A stretch of DNA of 64,000 bases from Hypanus sabinus (taxonomy: Eukaryota), in the NCBI RefSeq assembly GCF_030144855.1, contig NC_082730.1:3906001-3970000 (forward strand), in the 5' to 3' direction. Made by a program: the position numbers and the translations under genes. Position 1 is the stretch's first letter. Every line of letters begins with the position of its first letter. This document shows, piece after piece, positions 49,001 through 61,935 of this stretch. The notes beneath the pieces are model-generated. The model was not told where the DNA came from, ran no database searches, and saw nothing but the letters and a program-made list of their open reading frames with translations.

Positions 49001-50290
49001 CTTGCACTGTCTACAAGCTGTCTCTATTTGTGAGTCAATCTCCTCTTCCCCAGTCTCTTCTGTTTGGTTTCCACCCCCCAACAATTCTAGTTTAAACTCT
49101 CCCCAGTATCCTTAGCAAACCTCCCCTCCAGGATATTAGTCCCCCTGGGATTCAAGAGCAACCCACTTTTTGTACAGGTCACACCTACCACAAAAGAGGT
49201 CCCAATGATCCAGAAATCTAAATCCCTGCCCCTTGATCCAATCCCTCAGCCACGCATTTATCCTCCACCTCATTCTATCCCTATTTTTGCTGCTGTGTGG
49301 CACAGGCAGTAATTCCCAGATTACTACCTTTGCAGTCCTGCTTCTCAACTTCTTTTGTAACAACCTGTCGTCTTTTCTCAGGACCTCTTAACTTTTCTTA
49401 CCTACGTCATTGTGTATGTCAACGTTTACCACGACCTCTGTCTGTTCTCCCTCCCACTGCAGGATATCTTGGATGTGATCAGAACCATCCCAGACTCTGG
49501 CACCAGGGAGGCAAACTACCATCCAAGTTTCTTTCCTGCATCCACAGAGTCGCCTGTCTGACCCACTAACTATAGAGTCCCCTATCACTCCTGCCTTCCT
49601 CATCCTTTCCCTACCCTTCTGAGCCACAGGGCCAGACTCTGTGCCAGAGGCACGGCCACTGCCATTTCCCCCAGGTAGGTTGTCCCCCCCCCCAACAGTA
49701 CTCAAACAGGAGTACTTATTGTCAAGGGGTACAGCCACAGGGGTACTCTCTAGTACCTGACTCTTTCCCTTCCCCTTCCTGACTGTGACCCACTTGTCTG
49801 CGTCCCGTGGCCCTGGTGTGACCACCTGCCTATAATTCCACTCTATCAGCTCCTCGCCCTCCTTGACTAGGCGAGGGTCATCGAGCTGCTTCTCCAGTTC
49901 CCTAACTCAGTCCCTCAGGAGCTGCAGCTCAACACACCTGGTGTGAATATGGCCGTCCAGGAAGCTGGGAGACTCCAGGACCCCCCACATCTGACACCAA
50001 GCACCGAAAACTGGGCTCACACACATACTACCTCCTTCCAGCAGTTATCACAGTTAAACCTACTCCGCCTCGACCTGTTACTGCCTAAGCCCATCGAGCT
50101 AAAGCCCTGGCAATCTGCTGCCTCTCACTCCGCTGCCCGCTGGATATGGCTGCCTTCTTTTTAAACCTTTCACACTCTACTCGTTGACGTCACGTGCCTG
50201 CGCAGTCTCGCCTCTCTTTTAACCCGAGTAGTAAAAAACTCCCTTCGTTCCAAAAATTCAGCCGTTCACTCACAGCCATCTTGCTCTGAA
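46100..50290 (-). mobile_element. Near-full-length CR1 LINE (ORF1 with SGNH esterase, EN, RT with internal deletion, 3' UTR), copy-2-specific
   Basis: WLRDWIKGQGFRFLDHWDLF (49136-49363), MGDFNFPNIDW (48543), GFVKGRTC/YMDFSKAFDKVP (47180-47422), KFAEDTK. It splits the Rex1 fragment that is intact at 19600 in copy 1. Confidence 0.92.
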
Positions 50291-50979
50291 TCAAGAAGGC
50301 CTGCTTCAAATCTGTCAACAATCTCTACAGTAGCTGTTTCAATCAAGACAGGGTTGTGTACACATTCTGTCTTGATTATGTTGAGGTCTGTGTTGTTCTG
50401 ACACCATGACAAAAGCATCATGATCACTTTCCTGCAGAGTGAACTCACACATATGACCTTCAGCAGTTTGTTTAGATTTAGTCAAGTTCAGTTTGTACTC
50501 CTCCTGCTTATTGACACCCCTCTCTGCTTCCTTGTTGCACCTCTTCAGCCTTCCAGATTTCCCTGCATTGGGGTCCTGCTCCCAACTCAGTTTTATCAAA
50601 TTTAAAGCTCAGTCTACCTCCCTTGTGATTGGATTCTTTGGGAGTCTGATCACAGTCTGTTCTAGTGGAACTGTACTCACCTTCTCCAGTACTAATGCCA
50701 ATCCCACAGGGACTAAAAGCCATAGCAGGGTCTGAGTAACTCCTCCCCGATCCCATTAACTCTGTCATGATGTGCTTGTGGGTTGGGCAATAATACAAAG
50801 ATTGAGATGTTTGTGGTCATGTTTGTGAATGTAACCCCGGTTGCTCAGTGTCTGGGGAGATTTGACACTCTGCGGCCATTTTGTTGATAACATCCTGTAA
50901 CTAATAAATTGGCCACTAAGGGTGTGTTCGTGGTCTTCTGCTGCTGTTGCCCATCCACTTCAAGGTTCAAGGTGTTCTC

Positions 50980-53135
50980 AGAGATGATAAGGTGGATGAG
51001 CTTAGAGCATGGACTGGAACAATTTGTTTTATGGGAAGGATGTAATACAGAAATGGAGGTTATTTAAAGGTGAACTTTTAAGGATATAGAATCTTTATGT
51101 TCCTGTTACTTTGAAAGGAAAGGTTAAAAGTTTGAGAGAGCCATGGTTTTCAAGGGATATTGGAAACTTGGTTAGGAAAAAGAGAAAGATCTACAATAAA
51201 GATGGGCAACATGGAGTAAATGAGGTGCTCGAGGAATATAAAGTATGGAAAAGGAATCTTCAGAAAGAAATTAGAAAAGCTAAAAGAAGTTATGAGGACG
51301 CTTTGATAGGAAAGGTGAAAATAAATCCAAAGGGTTTCTACAGTTATATTAATAGCAAATGAATAGTGAGGGATAAAATTGGTCCCTTAGAGAATCAGAG
51401 TGGACAGTTATGTGTGGAGCCAAAAGAGATGGGGGAGTTTTTGAACAATTTCTTTTCTTTGGTATTCACTAAGTAGAAGGATATTGAATTGTGTAAGGTA
51501 AGGGAAACAAGTAGGGTAGTTATGGAAACTATGATGATTAAAGAAGAGGAAGTACTGGTGCTTTTAAAGAATATGAAAGTGGATAAGTCTCCAGATCCTG
51601 ACAGGATATCCACAGCACCTTGAGGGAAGTTAATGTAGAAATAGCAGGGGCTCTGACAGAAATATTTCAAACGTCATTATAAATGGGGATGGTGCCAGAG
51701 GATTGGCATATTGCTCATGTTGTTCCATTGTTTTAAAAGGGTTCTAAGAGTAAACCTAGCAAGTAAGTTTTACATCAGTGGTGGGTAAATTAATGGAAAT
51801 TATTCTTAGAGATGGTATATATAATTATCTGAATAGACAGGGTCTGATTACAAACAGTCAACATGAATTTGTGTGTGGAATGTCATGTTTGACAAATCTT
51901 ATTGAATTTTTTGAAGAGGTTGCAAGGAAAGTTGATGATGGTAAAGCAGTGGATGTTTTCTATATGGACTTCAGTAAGGCCTTTGACAAGGTCCGGCACG
52001 GAAGGTTAGTTAAGAAAGTTCAATCGCTAGGTAGTAATATTGAAGTAGTGGAATGGATTCAACAGTGGCTAGATGGGAGATGCCAGAGAGTAGTGGTGGA
52101 TAACTGTTTGTCAGGTTGGAGGCCAGTGACTATTGGTGTACCTCCAGGATCTGTATTGGGTCCAAAGTTGTTTGTCATATACATTAATAATCTGGATGAT
52201 GGGGTGGTATATTGGATTAGTAAGTATGCAAATGATAATAAGATAGGTGGCGTTGTGGATAATGAAGTAGGTTTTCAAAGCTTGCAGAGAGATTTAGGCC
52301 AGTTAGAAGGGTGGGCTGAAGTATGGCAGATGGAGTTTAATGCTGATAAGTGTGAGGTGCTTCATTTTGGTAGGACTAATCAAAATAGGACATACATGGT
52401 AAATGGTAGGGCATTGAGGAATGCAGTAGAACAGCGTGATCTAGGAATAATGGTGCATAGTTCCTTGAAGGTGGAATCTCATGTGGATAGGGTGGTGAAG
52501 AAAGCTTTTGGTATGCTGGCCTTTATAAATCAGAGCACTGAGTATAGGAGTTGGGATGTAATGTTAAAATTGTACAAGGCATTGATGAGGCCAAATTTGG
52601 AGTATTGTGTACAGTTCTGGTCGCTGAATTATAGGAAAGATGACAACAAAATAGAGAGAGTACAGAGGAGATTTACTACAATGTTACCTGGGTTTCAGCA
52701 CCTAAGTTACAGAGAAAGGTTGAACAAGTTAGGACTTTATTCTTTGGAGCGTAGAAGGTTGAGGGGGGACTTGATAGAATTATTTCAAATTATGAGGGGG
52801 ATATATTGAGTTGATGTGGATTTTTCCATTGAGAGTAGGGGAGATTCAAACAAGAGGACATGAGTTGAGAGTTAAGGGGCAAAAGTTTAAGGGTAACACA
52901 AGGGGAAACTTCTTTACTCAGAGAGTGGTAGCTGTGTGGAACGAGCTTCCAGTAGAAGTGGTACAGGCAGGTTCGATATTGTCATTTAAAAAACAATTGG
53001 ATAGGTATGTGGACTGGAGCGGAATGGAGGGTTATGGGCTGAGTGCAGGTCAGTGGGACTAGGTGTGAGTAAGCATTTGGCACGGGCTAGAAGGGCCGAG
53101 ATGGCCTGTTTCCATGTGTAATTATTATATGGTTA
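50980..53135 (+). mobile_element. 5'-truncated CR1 LINE, copy-2-specific
   Basis: RT ORF 51778-52809 (YMDFSKAFDKV, KYANDNK, LEYCVQFWS) and 3' UTR. Absent at ~20310 in copy 1. Confidence 0.92.
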
Positions 53136-54859
53136 TGTGCTCTTCTCTACAGCACTGTTGTAACGTGTGGTTATTTGAGGTACTGTCACTTTCCTGTCAT
53201 CTTGAACCAGTCTGGCTATTCACTGCTAGCCTCTCTTATAAACAAGGCACTTTTGCCCAAGGAAATGCAGCTCAATGTTGTTTTTTAGTTTTAATCACCT
53301 CCATCAGTAATATATAGAGATCGATGTGGTGAAAATTCCAGATCAGCATTGAATTGTTTCCACCTGATGACTGATTTGGTATTTGCATTAACAAGCAGAT
53401 GTCCGGTTGTATCCAATAAAGTGAACATTGAGTGTGCTCCAGGCACAGCCCTGCAGTGGATTCAGCGACCAGCATCTCAGTGTGGAGAAGCCATCCAGAG
53501 TGAGACAGAGAGAGATACTGTAGAGAAACTGTACCTTCAAATCTCTGAGTCTACACGAACCATCAAACACCTGTTTACACTCATCCTATATTAACAGTGT
53601 CTGGTCCAGCTGGCGTTCCCGGCCAAGTACTAAAGATCTGTGTGGTCCAACTAGCAGGAGTATTTAGCACTTTCTTCACTGTAGAGCCGCACGTGGCTGG
53701 AAATGTGGTTAGAACCAGAGAAGTTGCCCCAAAGACACTCTGATTCATTTTTAAAATCTCTCCGTCTCCATCATATGAGACTGGAGATAGAAGCACTCTG
53801 CAGTTCAGGACTCATTGTGGAATGAGAAAAGAGCCAAAATTTCAGGTCAAAGACTCTTCATTAGAACGGTGGAGTAGAAAAAAACTGAAGGAAAAGTGGG
53901 TGTGAGGGTGTTGCTGACAGGGTGCCATGGGGATGAACTGGCTACAAGATTATCTGGTCAATGGCTGATTGGAAATTGGAATCAGTTGGAACTGGGAGAA
54001 CATGGAGAAAAGGATATTGATCAGAATGTATAGACATCAACTATTGAACAGGAAGCCTGCTCTGGAAGGCCATGCTCCACTGCCACGTCTAGCTAGATGC
54101 CCTGACACCCTTCTTAAGCCAATCACCCCTAGTGGGGCACAGGCTATTGACAGCAGCTCACTAGAGAACTCTATCCATCTAAACAGGGAATTCTGACTGT
54201 CCAGGACAACAGAAACCTGCCCAGAAACTGTAGCATTGGACTGTACACCCTCTTTGCTCCAAGGTCTTATGAGAAGTGGCAGAGTCCTCAGAGACAGACT
54301 CAAACTGTGACTCCACACTCACCAACTGACACTGGAGATCCAGGCAACAGGTGAGGGTCGGACAGTGCAGTGTGTACAGGAGCAGCCGGTGGAAGGAACC
54401 CCCTGGGGATGGGAGGTGCAGCCGGTGGGACATTTCCCAGAGACGGCTGAATTTGTGCTGAACCAGCTCTGTAGGAGAGCTTGGGGACCCAGATCCAGTG
54501 ACAATTCAGTCTGAGTGGTGGTCACCTTGAGTCCAATCAGTCGACACACCTGCACACCCACAGTGAGGGTACCCCAGTGTCTGTCCCCAAACCTCCATGA
54601 ATATGTCTGTGACCACACCCAACCACTGATATCTGGCAGCAGGTTGAAACTTCATTTCTCAGGGCTGGGGGCAGAGAGCCTTGAGTCCCGATGAAGGGTC
54701 TCAGCATGAAACAACAGGAACTTTGTGTTGTCTGTCTCACAGGGCTGGGAGCAACATGATGGGCCGAATGTCTTCCTCCAGTGTCTTTGATTTTCCCAGG
54801 TCTGATTCCTCTTCCAATCTCTGACCTCACCTATGGACTGTCTTGTCTTGTCTCCTCAG

Positions 54860-55183
54860 CTGGGACTGCGGTTCCCCCAACCACTGTGACCGGAACTCAG
54901 GGACACTCGGTCTCCTTACATCCTGGGATCCCAGTCGGACCGGACATTCCTGAGGTTGAGTGGAGTCGGGTATAGCCCAGAAACAGGATTGTGAAGTACA
55001 CAAATGGGAACATTAACTATTATGGTAATGGGCTGTACAAGAACAGGATTACCTTTCATCCCAGGAACGTCAGTCTGGAAATCCATGATCTACGGAGAGA
55101 AGTTGCTGGGGATAATGATGTGATTTATACAGCCGCAAGTTCAAGAGATGAATATAATACAAGGGTGCGACTGGAGGTGTACG
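54860..55183 (+). pseudogene. CD2/SLAM-like receptor copy 2, V exon with premature stop
   Basis: Intact AG/GT, 324 nt. TGG->TAG at 54973-54975. The DSGDY motif is degenerated to VAGDN. Confidence 0.92.
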
Positions 55184-58100
55184 GTGAGTGAGACCGGTCC
55201 CTGAAACACCCCTAATGGATGGGTGAGGGCAGATCCTGTGTGTTTCCCTGTTTACTGAAACCCACTGATTACCCGTGTCTGGGGCTGGGCTCATGGTCCC
55301 AGTGTAGTGAGTCTGGAGGATACACCCGCCACATCCACCGAGGCGGAGTCAGGAGCCGGGAGGGATCGAACCAACAATGGGGAATCTCATGTGTCTGAGA
55401 CTGAGGGAGCTCAGCACACAGGGAGAATGGACCTGGTGTGAATGGGCTGGACAGTCTGTATCTGTGGATCTCAGTTGCACACTCTACCCCAGGTCAAAGG
55501 CCTGGTCTGTCGTGTTCAGGGATCCCAGTTATCCCATCTGGTTCCTGGGACACTGCTTGTTAATTCCACAGACTGAGGTCGGAGCTCAGCAAAGTGTTTA
55601 TTCCTCAGCCTTCATGCTGTGCTGTGCTGAGTGAGACCCTGTGTATGCCTTACACTGAATATAGTGTCCCAGTGAGTGATACAGTACACGGACACAACAG
55701 CAAACTCACACACAACAATATGGTTCCTGACTCACTCTAACAGTAATATCACATTCACAGTAATCTCACTCAACAACGTCTGGTTGAGAAACCTTCTCTC
55801 CTCTGTTTGGGCGCATTGTGTAGTTAAGGAATATCGCAAATATTCACCTCAGCAGCAATCCATCTTCAGACATGAAGGTGGATTGGAGATTAGATTTAAA
55901 ATGCTTCTCTGAACAGTAGTTTTCTTGCAGCTGTAGGCTGGAGTTGATTGCAAACCAGACAATTCCATTTAACATTCATTTTGCGTGTCTTGAGTGTGGG
56001 TGTGAAGAAGGAGGTGTGGAAACTATATGTAAGTCAAAGGAAGCATTGTAGATACATTATAACTATACAATTCTCCTGCATTTTCCTTTGGCATATAAAA
56101 ATATCATGTAATATTGGGTCGGGAGGCCGTTTCCTCCAAGATTGTCTCACTACGATGTCTGCTGCTTGTTCTTGTTGAATAAGACTTTTCTATATCCACC
56201 AGCTTTCGTGTCTCTCTGGTGACTTCAAGTTACAACATCCTCCATCTCAGTGTTAATGTTCACCATCTGCAGGAGGAGAACATTAGAACAGCTGGAGACG
56301 GGCCCTTGTCTATACACTGGTCTCCACTGTGATAGTGTCAGAGGTCAGTATCAGTGTGTCAGAGTGGGAGCAGGATGGAGAATCAAAGTGACAGCAACTA
56401 GAACTTCTGAGTCACAATGGTGCCTGAATTGAAACGTCCCTCAAGGTGGTCGATGACACTGTGTCTGGTTTCTCAGTGGAAAGAGGGTCACCGTGTGAGC
56501 ACTGAGTGAGTTCACTGCATTGGCTGTATGCGTCAATCTCAGTTTCAGCTTTTAGTGCCCTTCATGGAGGGAAGGGAAATGGTCATGTGATACCTCCTCC
56601 TGTGGATGTCCAGAACGTGGTGTGGGACATGGAGTGGTGGGAGTTGTGGGTGTGGCAGTAGAGCAGAGCAAGGTGTTACTCAGGGAGAAACTGGTCAAAA
56701 TATGTAAGAAAGAGGGAAAGTAGTGGAGTGTAATTCTGAGGATAGTGTAAACTAAGTGGGTAAAGTCATTCGAAGGTATTCTAAAGGACCGAGCATAAAA
56801 ATATTTGGATAGGGAGATAGTTGACATGTTTCTCTGTGTGGTAGATTGTGTCTAGATTTTTGAGGAGGCTATTGGAAAGTTGATGAAGGAAAAGCAGTTA
56901 AATTTGTCTACAAGGACTTTAACAACGTCCTGCATGGGATGTTGGTGAAGAATGTTTATTGCCTTGGCATTCAGGTTGAGGTTGCAAATTGGATTCGACA
57001 TCGGCTTTGCAAGTGATCTACAAGATGGTTGTCTCTCTGATTGGAGGACTGTGATTAGTGAAATGCCTCAAGGATTGGTGCTGGGTCCTTATTGTTTGTT
57101 ATCTATATCAGCGATCTGGGTGACAGCGTGGTTAACTGGATCATCAAATTTGCGGATGACACTGATTGGGTGTACGGTGAGGAAGACTATCAAAACCTTT
57201 AGCGGGATCTGGACCAGCAGAAATAATGAGCCGAAAATTGGCAGTTTCAATTTGATGCAGACGAGTACAAAGCCTTGACCCTTGGGAAGTAAACCAGGAT
57301 GGAACTTAAATAATGACCAGTCAGGTACTGAAGAGTGTAGTAGAATAGAGAGATCTTGGAATACAGAACAATGAATTCATGCAAGTGGTGTCACAGGCAG
57401 ATAGGGTCATAAAAAAAGCTTTTGGCACATTGGCCTTCATCCAACCAAAGGATTGGGTCCAGGAGTTGCAATGTTATATTGAAATTTTATAAGAACTTGG
57501 AGAAGCCTAATTTGGAGTATTTGTGCAATTTTGGTCACCTACGTACAGGAAAGTTATAAACGAGATTGGAAGAATGAAGAGTATCAGGACTTGAGGACCT
57601 GAGTTATAGGGGAAGTTGGGGGAATTTCTTCACCCAGAGGGTGGAAAAAGGTGCAGGTGGAAGTGTTGGAACCAGGTTCAATTTCAATGTCTAACTGAAA
57701 CTTGAATAAATATTGGGAGGGATGTGAAAGACTTTGTCCAGATGTGGATCAGAGGAGATAGTTATCGACTAGATGGACTGAAGAGCCTGCTTTGACACTG
57801 CAATGCTCTGTGATTCAATGCAGTCTCATTGAAAGGACCAGGAAGCATAGATGTTGATCCACTGAAGGTGGAGACCAGTGGGGTTGAAGGAAAGGGCCAG
57901 AGGAAACACATCCTTGTTTTCGGTGGGAGAGGGTGTGAGAACAGAGACGTAAGAAATGGAACAGGTTCTCAGGGTCTCACACCTTCATCATAATCTGGGC
58001 AGGCAGAGTGGAGATTGAGAGATTGACAGAATAGAATGGGCTGTGTCTTGTGTTGGACCAGATTCAAGGCAGCTCAGGGCTGGGGCTCACTCAGGTTTTA

Positions 58101-58436
58101 GGCTTTGAAGGGATGCAGGGACCACACAGAGGAGGAACAAAAGACATGGAAATGGAGAGAATTTCTGGCATAGAGCGCTATAAACTGGACATGATGGAGA
58201 GTTTGTAGATGAGTGTGGGTTGTATTTGTGAAAGAGGGTGTAGCACATGGGAACTTCATTCATCAGCAGGTCACTGAACAAAAGGGTGAGGGAAGGTTTA
58301 AATCATTGGGTAAAAATGAGGTGGGATTGGTTTGAATTTCACTTTGGACTGTTGGAGATGAGATGAAGGAGTTGGGGATCGAGCTGTCCACGATGATCTC
58401 CTTTACTCATCTTCTATCTCTCTCTCACTACATCAC

Positions 58437-58723
58437 AGCCTGAGTCAGGAGCAAACATCACGGTTCAGAACATCACCGGGACCTGTAACCTCACCCTGAC
58501 CTGCTCCGTGGCCTCTGGCACCCCACCAGCTTCAGTTGGTGGAGAAGAGGAGAAGTTACAGGAGACAACAACAGCCATCACTTCTGGAAACACGGAGAGA
58601 CGTTACAGGTTCATTGCACAGCAGAGATCGGGGATGTGGTGTACAGGTGTGAGGCCAGCAACCCCATCAGTGAGGACACCGCACAGGTCCGGCTGGGGAA
58701 CGTCTGTAATCTGGACATATGGA
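58437..58723 (+). pseudogene. CD2/SLAM-like receptor copy 2, C2 exon (acceptor lost, 1-nt deletion)
   Basis: Acceptor AG->AC at 58435-36. 287 nt vs 288 nt (A lost at ~58520). Retains TCNLTLTC and NVCNL cysteines. Confidence 0.9.
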
Positions 58724-61383
58724 GTGAGTGTCGGAGGAAGGAGTTGGGATTTAGTTATCTCTCCATCCCAGGAGAGTGAGATGGGACAGCACAGAGGAAC
58801 TTCAGTTTGTATCCATTCTGCACCCTGACATTGTCTGAGAGGATACTGTAGAGAACCATTCACTTTACAGGCAACCTTCATTTTTGGATTTTATCCTCCG
58901 GACTCTGTTCATATTTTGTCAGCATCACCTGAGTGAGGAAGTGAAGTGCAGTTTGCAGAAGGTCCACATTGAATCAACTGTGTACTGTTCCTGGAAGGAG
59001 CGAATGATTAGATTGGAGGAAAGGATTATTTATGATGGCCGAGGCACCAAGTGGTCAGGGAGGTGCAGGCTGAGCTTAAGGAGAGAAGTTACTGAGGGAG
59101 TGTGAGGGAGCTGGATTGAAATCAGTGGAAATAGAATCCATGGCACATGTGCTGGGGAAGAGGGTTTACTGAGAGTTTCCTTCTTGACAGAATTGGACTA
59201 ATATTTGTGGAGATCTGGTCAATGATACAGGCCCCCAGCTGTGAGTGATTTTAGAGGGAGAATCTGAGAGTTGGATTAACCAGCGAGTCCATAGATACAA
59301 AGCCGAGTGCAGCAGGAGCAGGACAGACTCGGTGTCTGTTCATCACACAGTGGGACAAATCGTTGAGAAGTTTGCAGTCACAAAACCCTGAGCATCTGGA
59401 GCCGGACACAGACTCAGCCTCAGCTCCGTGGGGAAGGGAGTGAACATCACAGAGCAGTAATGGACTGTGCCAGGGAGCTGGATTAACATCATTAGAGATA
59501 CAGACAGTGACAAAGACATGAGGCGAGAGGGACTACAGAGGGATAATGTGAGGGAACAGAATTAAATCACTGGAGGAACAGTCAGTGGCGCTGGAGACTG
59601 AGGGAGAGGGGTGTCTTAGGAACTAGGTAAGTGAGATTGAATGACATCACTGGACATACATTTAGTGACTCAGGAAGTTTGTGGAGAGGAGGGATGAAGG
59701 GAAAACATGAAGAACTCAGTCAGTGTCAGCAGGTACATTCAGTGATACACAGTGATGGGGAAGAGGGATTCCTGGTGAGAGTGTCGGGAAGTGGCGTCAA
59801 CACGGTTTGGATATGGCCCAAGTGCGGAGTGAGGGACACTGAGGCAGGTTGATAGTTCAGACTTTAATTCGAAAAAGGGAAAATTAAACAATAAATGGTA
59901 GGCCAAACAGCGCCTGTTAACTAAAACTCTCGAAAGGGAAACAAAGCCCACACTGCGGCCGAAAAGAATATCTGAACATTAAACGAATACCAAGTAACGC
60001 ACATAAAATTCTGGTAGAACGCCACAGGCCAGGCAGCTTCTATATGAAGAAGTACAGTTCACACTTCAGGCCGGGACTCTTCGTCAGGACTAACAGAAAG
60101 AAGAGATAGTAAGAGATTTTTAAATGAATACTGCTAGTCTTCAGTGTTAGTTGATTTTGAAAGTCCAATGGCTCAGGGAAGGCCGAATGCAAAACAGCAG
60201 CGAAGCTTTGCTATGATCTGTCCAAGTCTCGATGAGCACTACAACGACAAGAATGTAGTTAAATACTATCACGATTAAATAATAATTACCTGACCCTTCC
60301 AAATTCACAAGTGCGATTGCCGTATCTACTGCGCTACCGAATCTGTGGTTATGACAAGCGGAGTTTTCTGTCAGACACAAAACAATCATAAGACTATAAG
60401 ATATAGGAATAGAAGTGGGCCATTTGGCTCATTAATCCTGCTCCACCATTCAATCACGGGCTGATCCAATTCTTCCAGTCATCCCCACTCCCATGCTTTC
60501 ACCACACACCTTTTGATGCCCTGGCTAACCAAGAACCTATCTATCTCTGCCTTAAATACACCCTTGGCCTCCACAGCTGCTCGGTAAAACAAGATCCACA
60601 GATTTACCACCCTCTGACTGAAGTAAATTCTCTGCAACTCAGTTCCAAAAGGACGTCCTTGAATTATGAAGTCAGTGAGAAAGAACTAAATTAACATGAG
60701 TAGATTTGCAGTCAATTGCACAGGCACTGAGAAAGAAGGGCTTTCGAGGGAATGGATGAGGCAGAGGATAACAGCTTTAATTAATGCCATCTATTCTTTC
60801 CTGGCTGTTTAAGGCCACAGGGTCTCTGTATTTCTGGAAGATTTTTTGTACCTTTGTTTGAGAAGATGGGCAACTTCAGTTTTGATTCCTATACCATTTC
60901 CTTAATTCCTGTCACAAACATTTCCAAATATGTCTGTCAACTGTACTCTTCATCTGTGTACCAATGGGAACACGATAGTGTAGAAGGGTGGAGGAGGATA
61001 GCGATGTGATAGTGATGAGGGGATGGGGGGGACTGAGGGGTATTGGAAGGGAGAAGGGAGGGAAATGATTTGATAGTGATTGGGGGAATAGGGATGAAGA
61101 GGGGACTGATGGGTATTGGAGGGGAGAGGTGCAGGACAGTGATGTGATGGAGATCGGAGGGAATAGGGGTGGAGGGACTGAGGGATGTTGGAAGGGAGGG
61201 GAGCAGGATGGAGAGGTGGGGTTTGGAGGGGATTTATGTGATGGTGATTGCAGGGTACTGAGAGACTGTTGAGGTGACAGGGAGTTTTCTCTGACTGAGG
61301 AGGGATGGAGTGAATTCAATCCTGTGTCACTGGGAGGCTGAGGACTGGATTCATCAGGAAATCTTTCCTCCTTTGTGTTACAG

Positions 61384-61533
61384 CCCCTAAAACAACAGCA
61401 GTGTCAGTTGCAGTGACCCTGGTGATTGGACTATCAGTGGTGGGGACCCTCCTGATTTCTGCTCTCACTGCAATCTTTATGGTCACATGGAGGAGAAGAC
61501 CTGATGGAACAGCAGTAACTTCAGGGACTGAAG
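61384..61533 (+). pseudogene. CD2/SLAM-like receptor copy 2, TM exon
   Basis: 150 nt, open frame PKTTAVSVAVTLVIGLSVVGTLLISALTAIFMVTWRRR. The GC donor AAG|GCAAGT is retained. Confidence 0.88.
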
Positions 61534-61696
61534 GCAAGTGGATGTGACATTCTGTCTTTGAGTCTAGTATTTGTGGGAGGGAGAGAGAGTGGGTGGGGCA
61601 GGGAGGTAACAACAGGGGTGGGAAAGAGGGGTTATATGGGGTAAAGTGGAAATGGTTTCAGTACATACCCTGTCACCTCTGCTTTCTGACCCACAG

Positions 61697-61935
61697 ACCC
61701 ATTGGAGACAGACATCACTTATGCAAATCTTCCGAAGAATCGCAGTGTCTGGCTGCCCCCCCGGGGGAATGGCAGGATAATGACAGACACGTTACCCCTG
61801 GAAAAAGGGCACCCAGGGATCACTCACAGTCCTTGGGGCAGACTGAATGTAAGGCCTGCATGTAATCTGAACAATCCCATAATCAACCACAGGTCCCTGT
61901 CACTAGGGATCGTTCCAACCACTACTGCATATTAA
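61697..61935 (+). pseudogene. CD2/SLAM-like receptor copy 2, cytoplasmic exon with ITIM ITYANL
   Basis: Acceptor tgacccacag. Reads DPLETDITYANLPKNRSV. The 3' frame differs from copy 1, and the stop lies at the Gypsy junction. Confidence 0.85.

Larger units (their letters stand above)
40791..61929. repeat. Segmental duplication unit, copy 2
   Basis: Starts inside the L1 endonuclease (taaatgcttg = 12470). Ends at ...accactactgca, where a Gypsy element begins. Confidence 0.92.
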
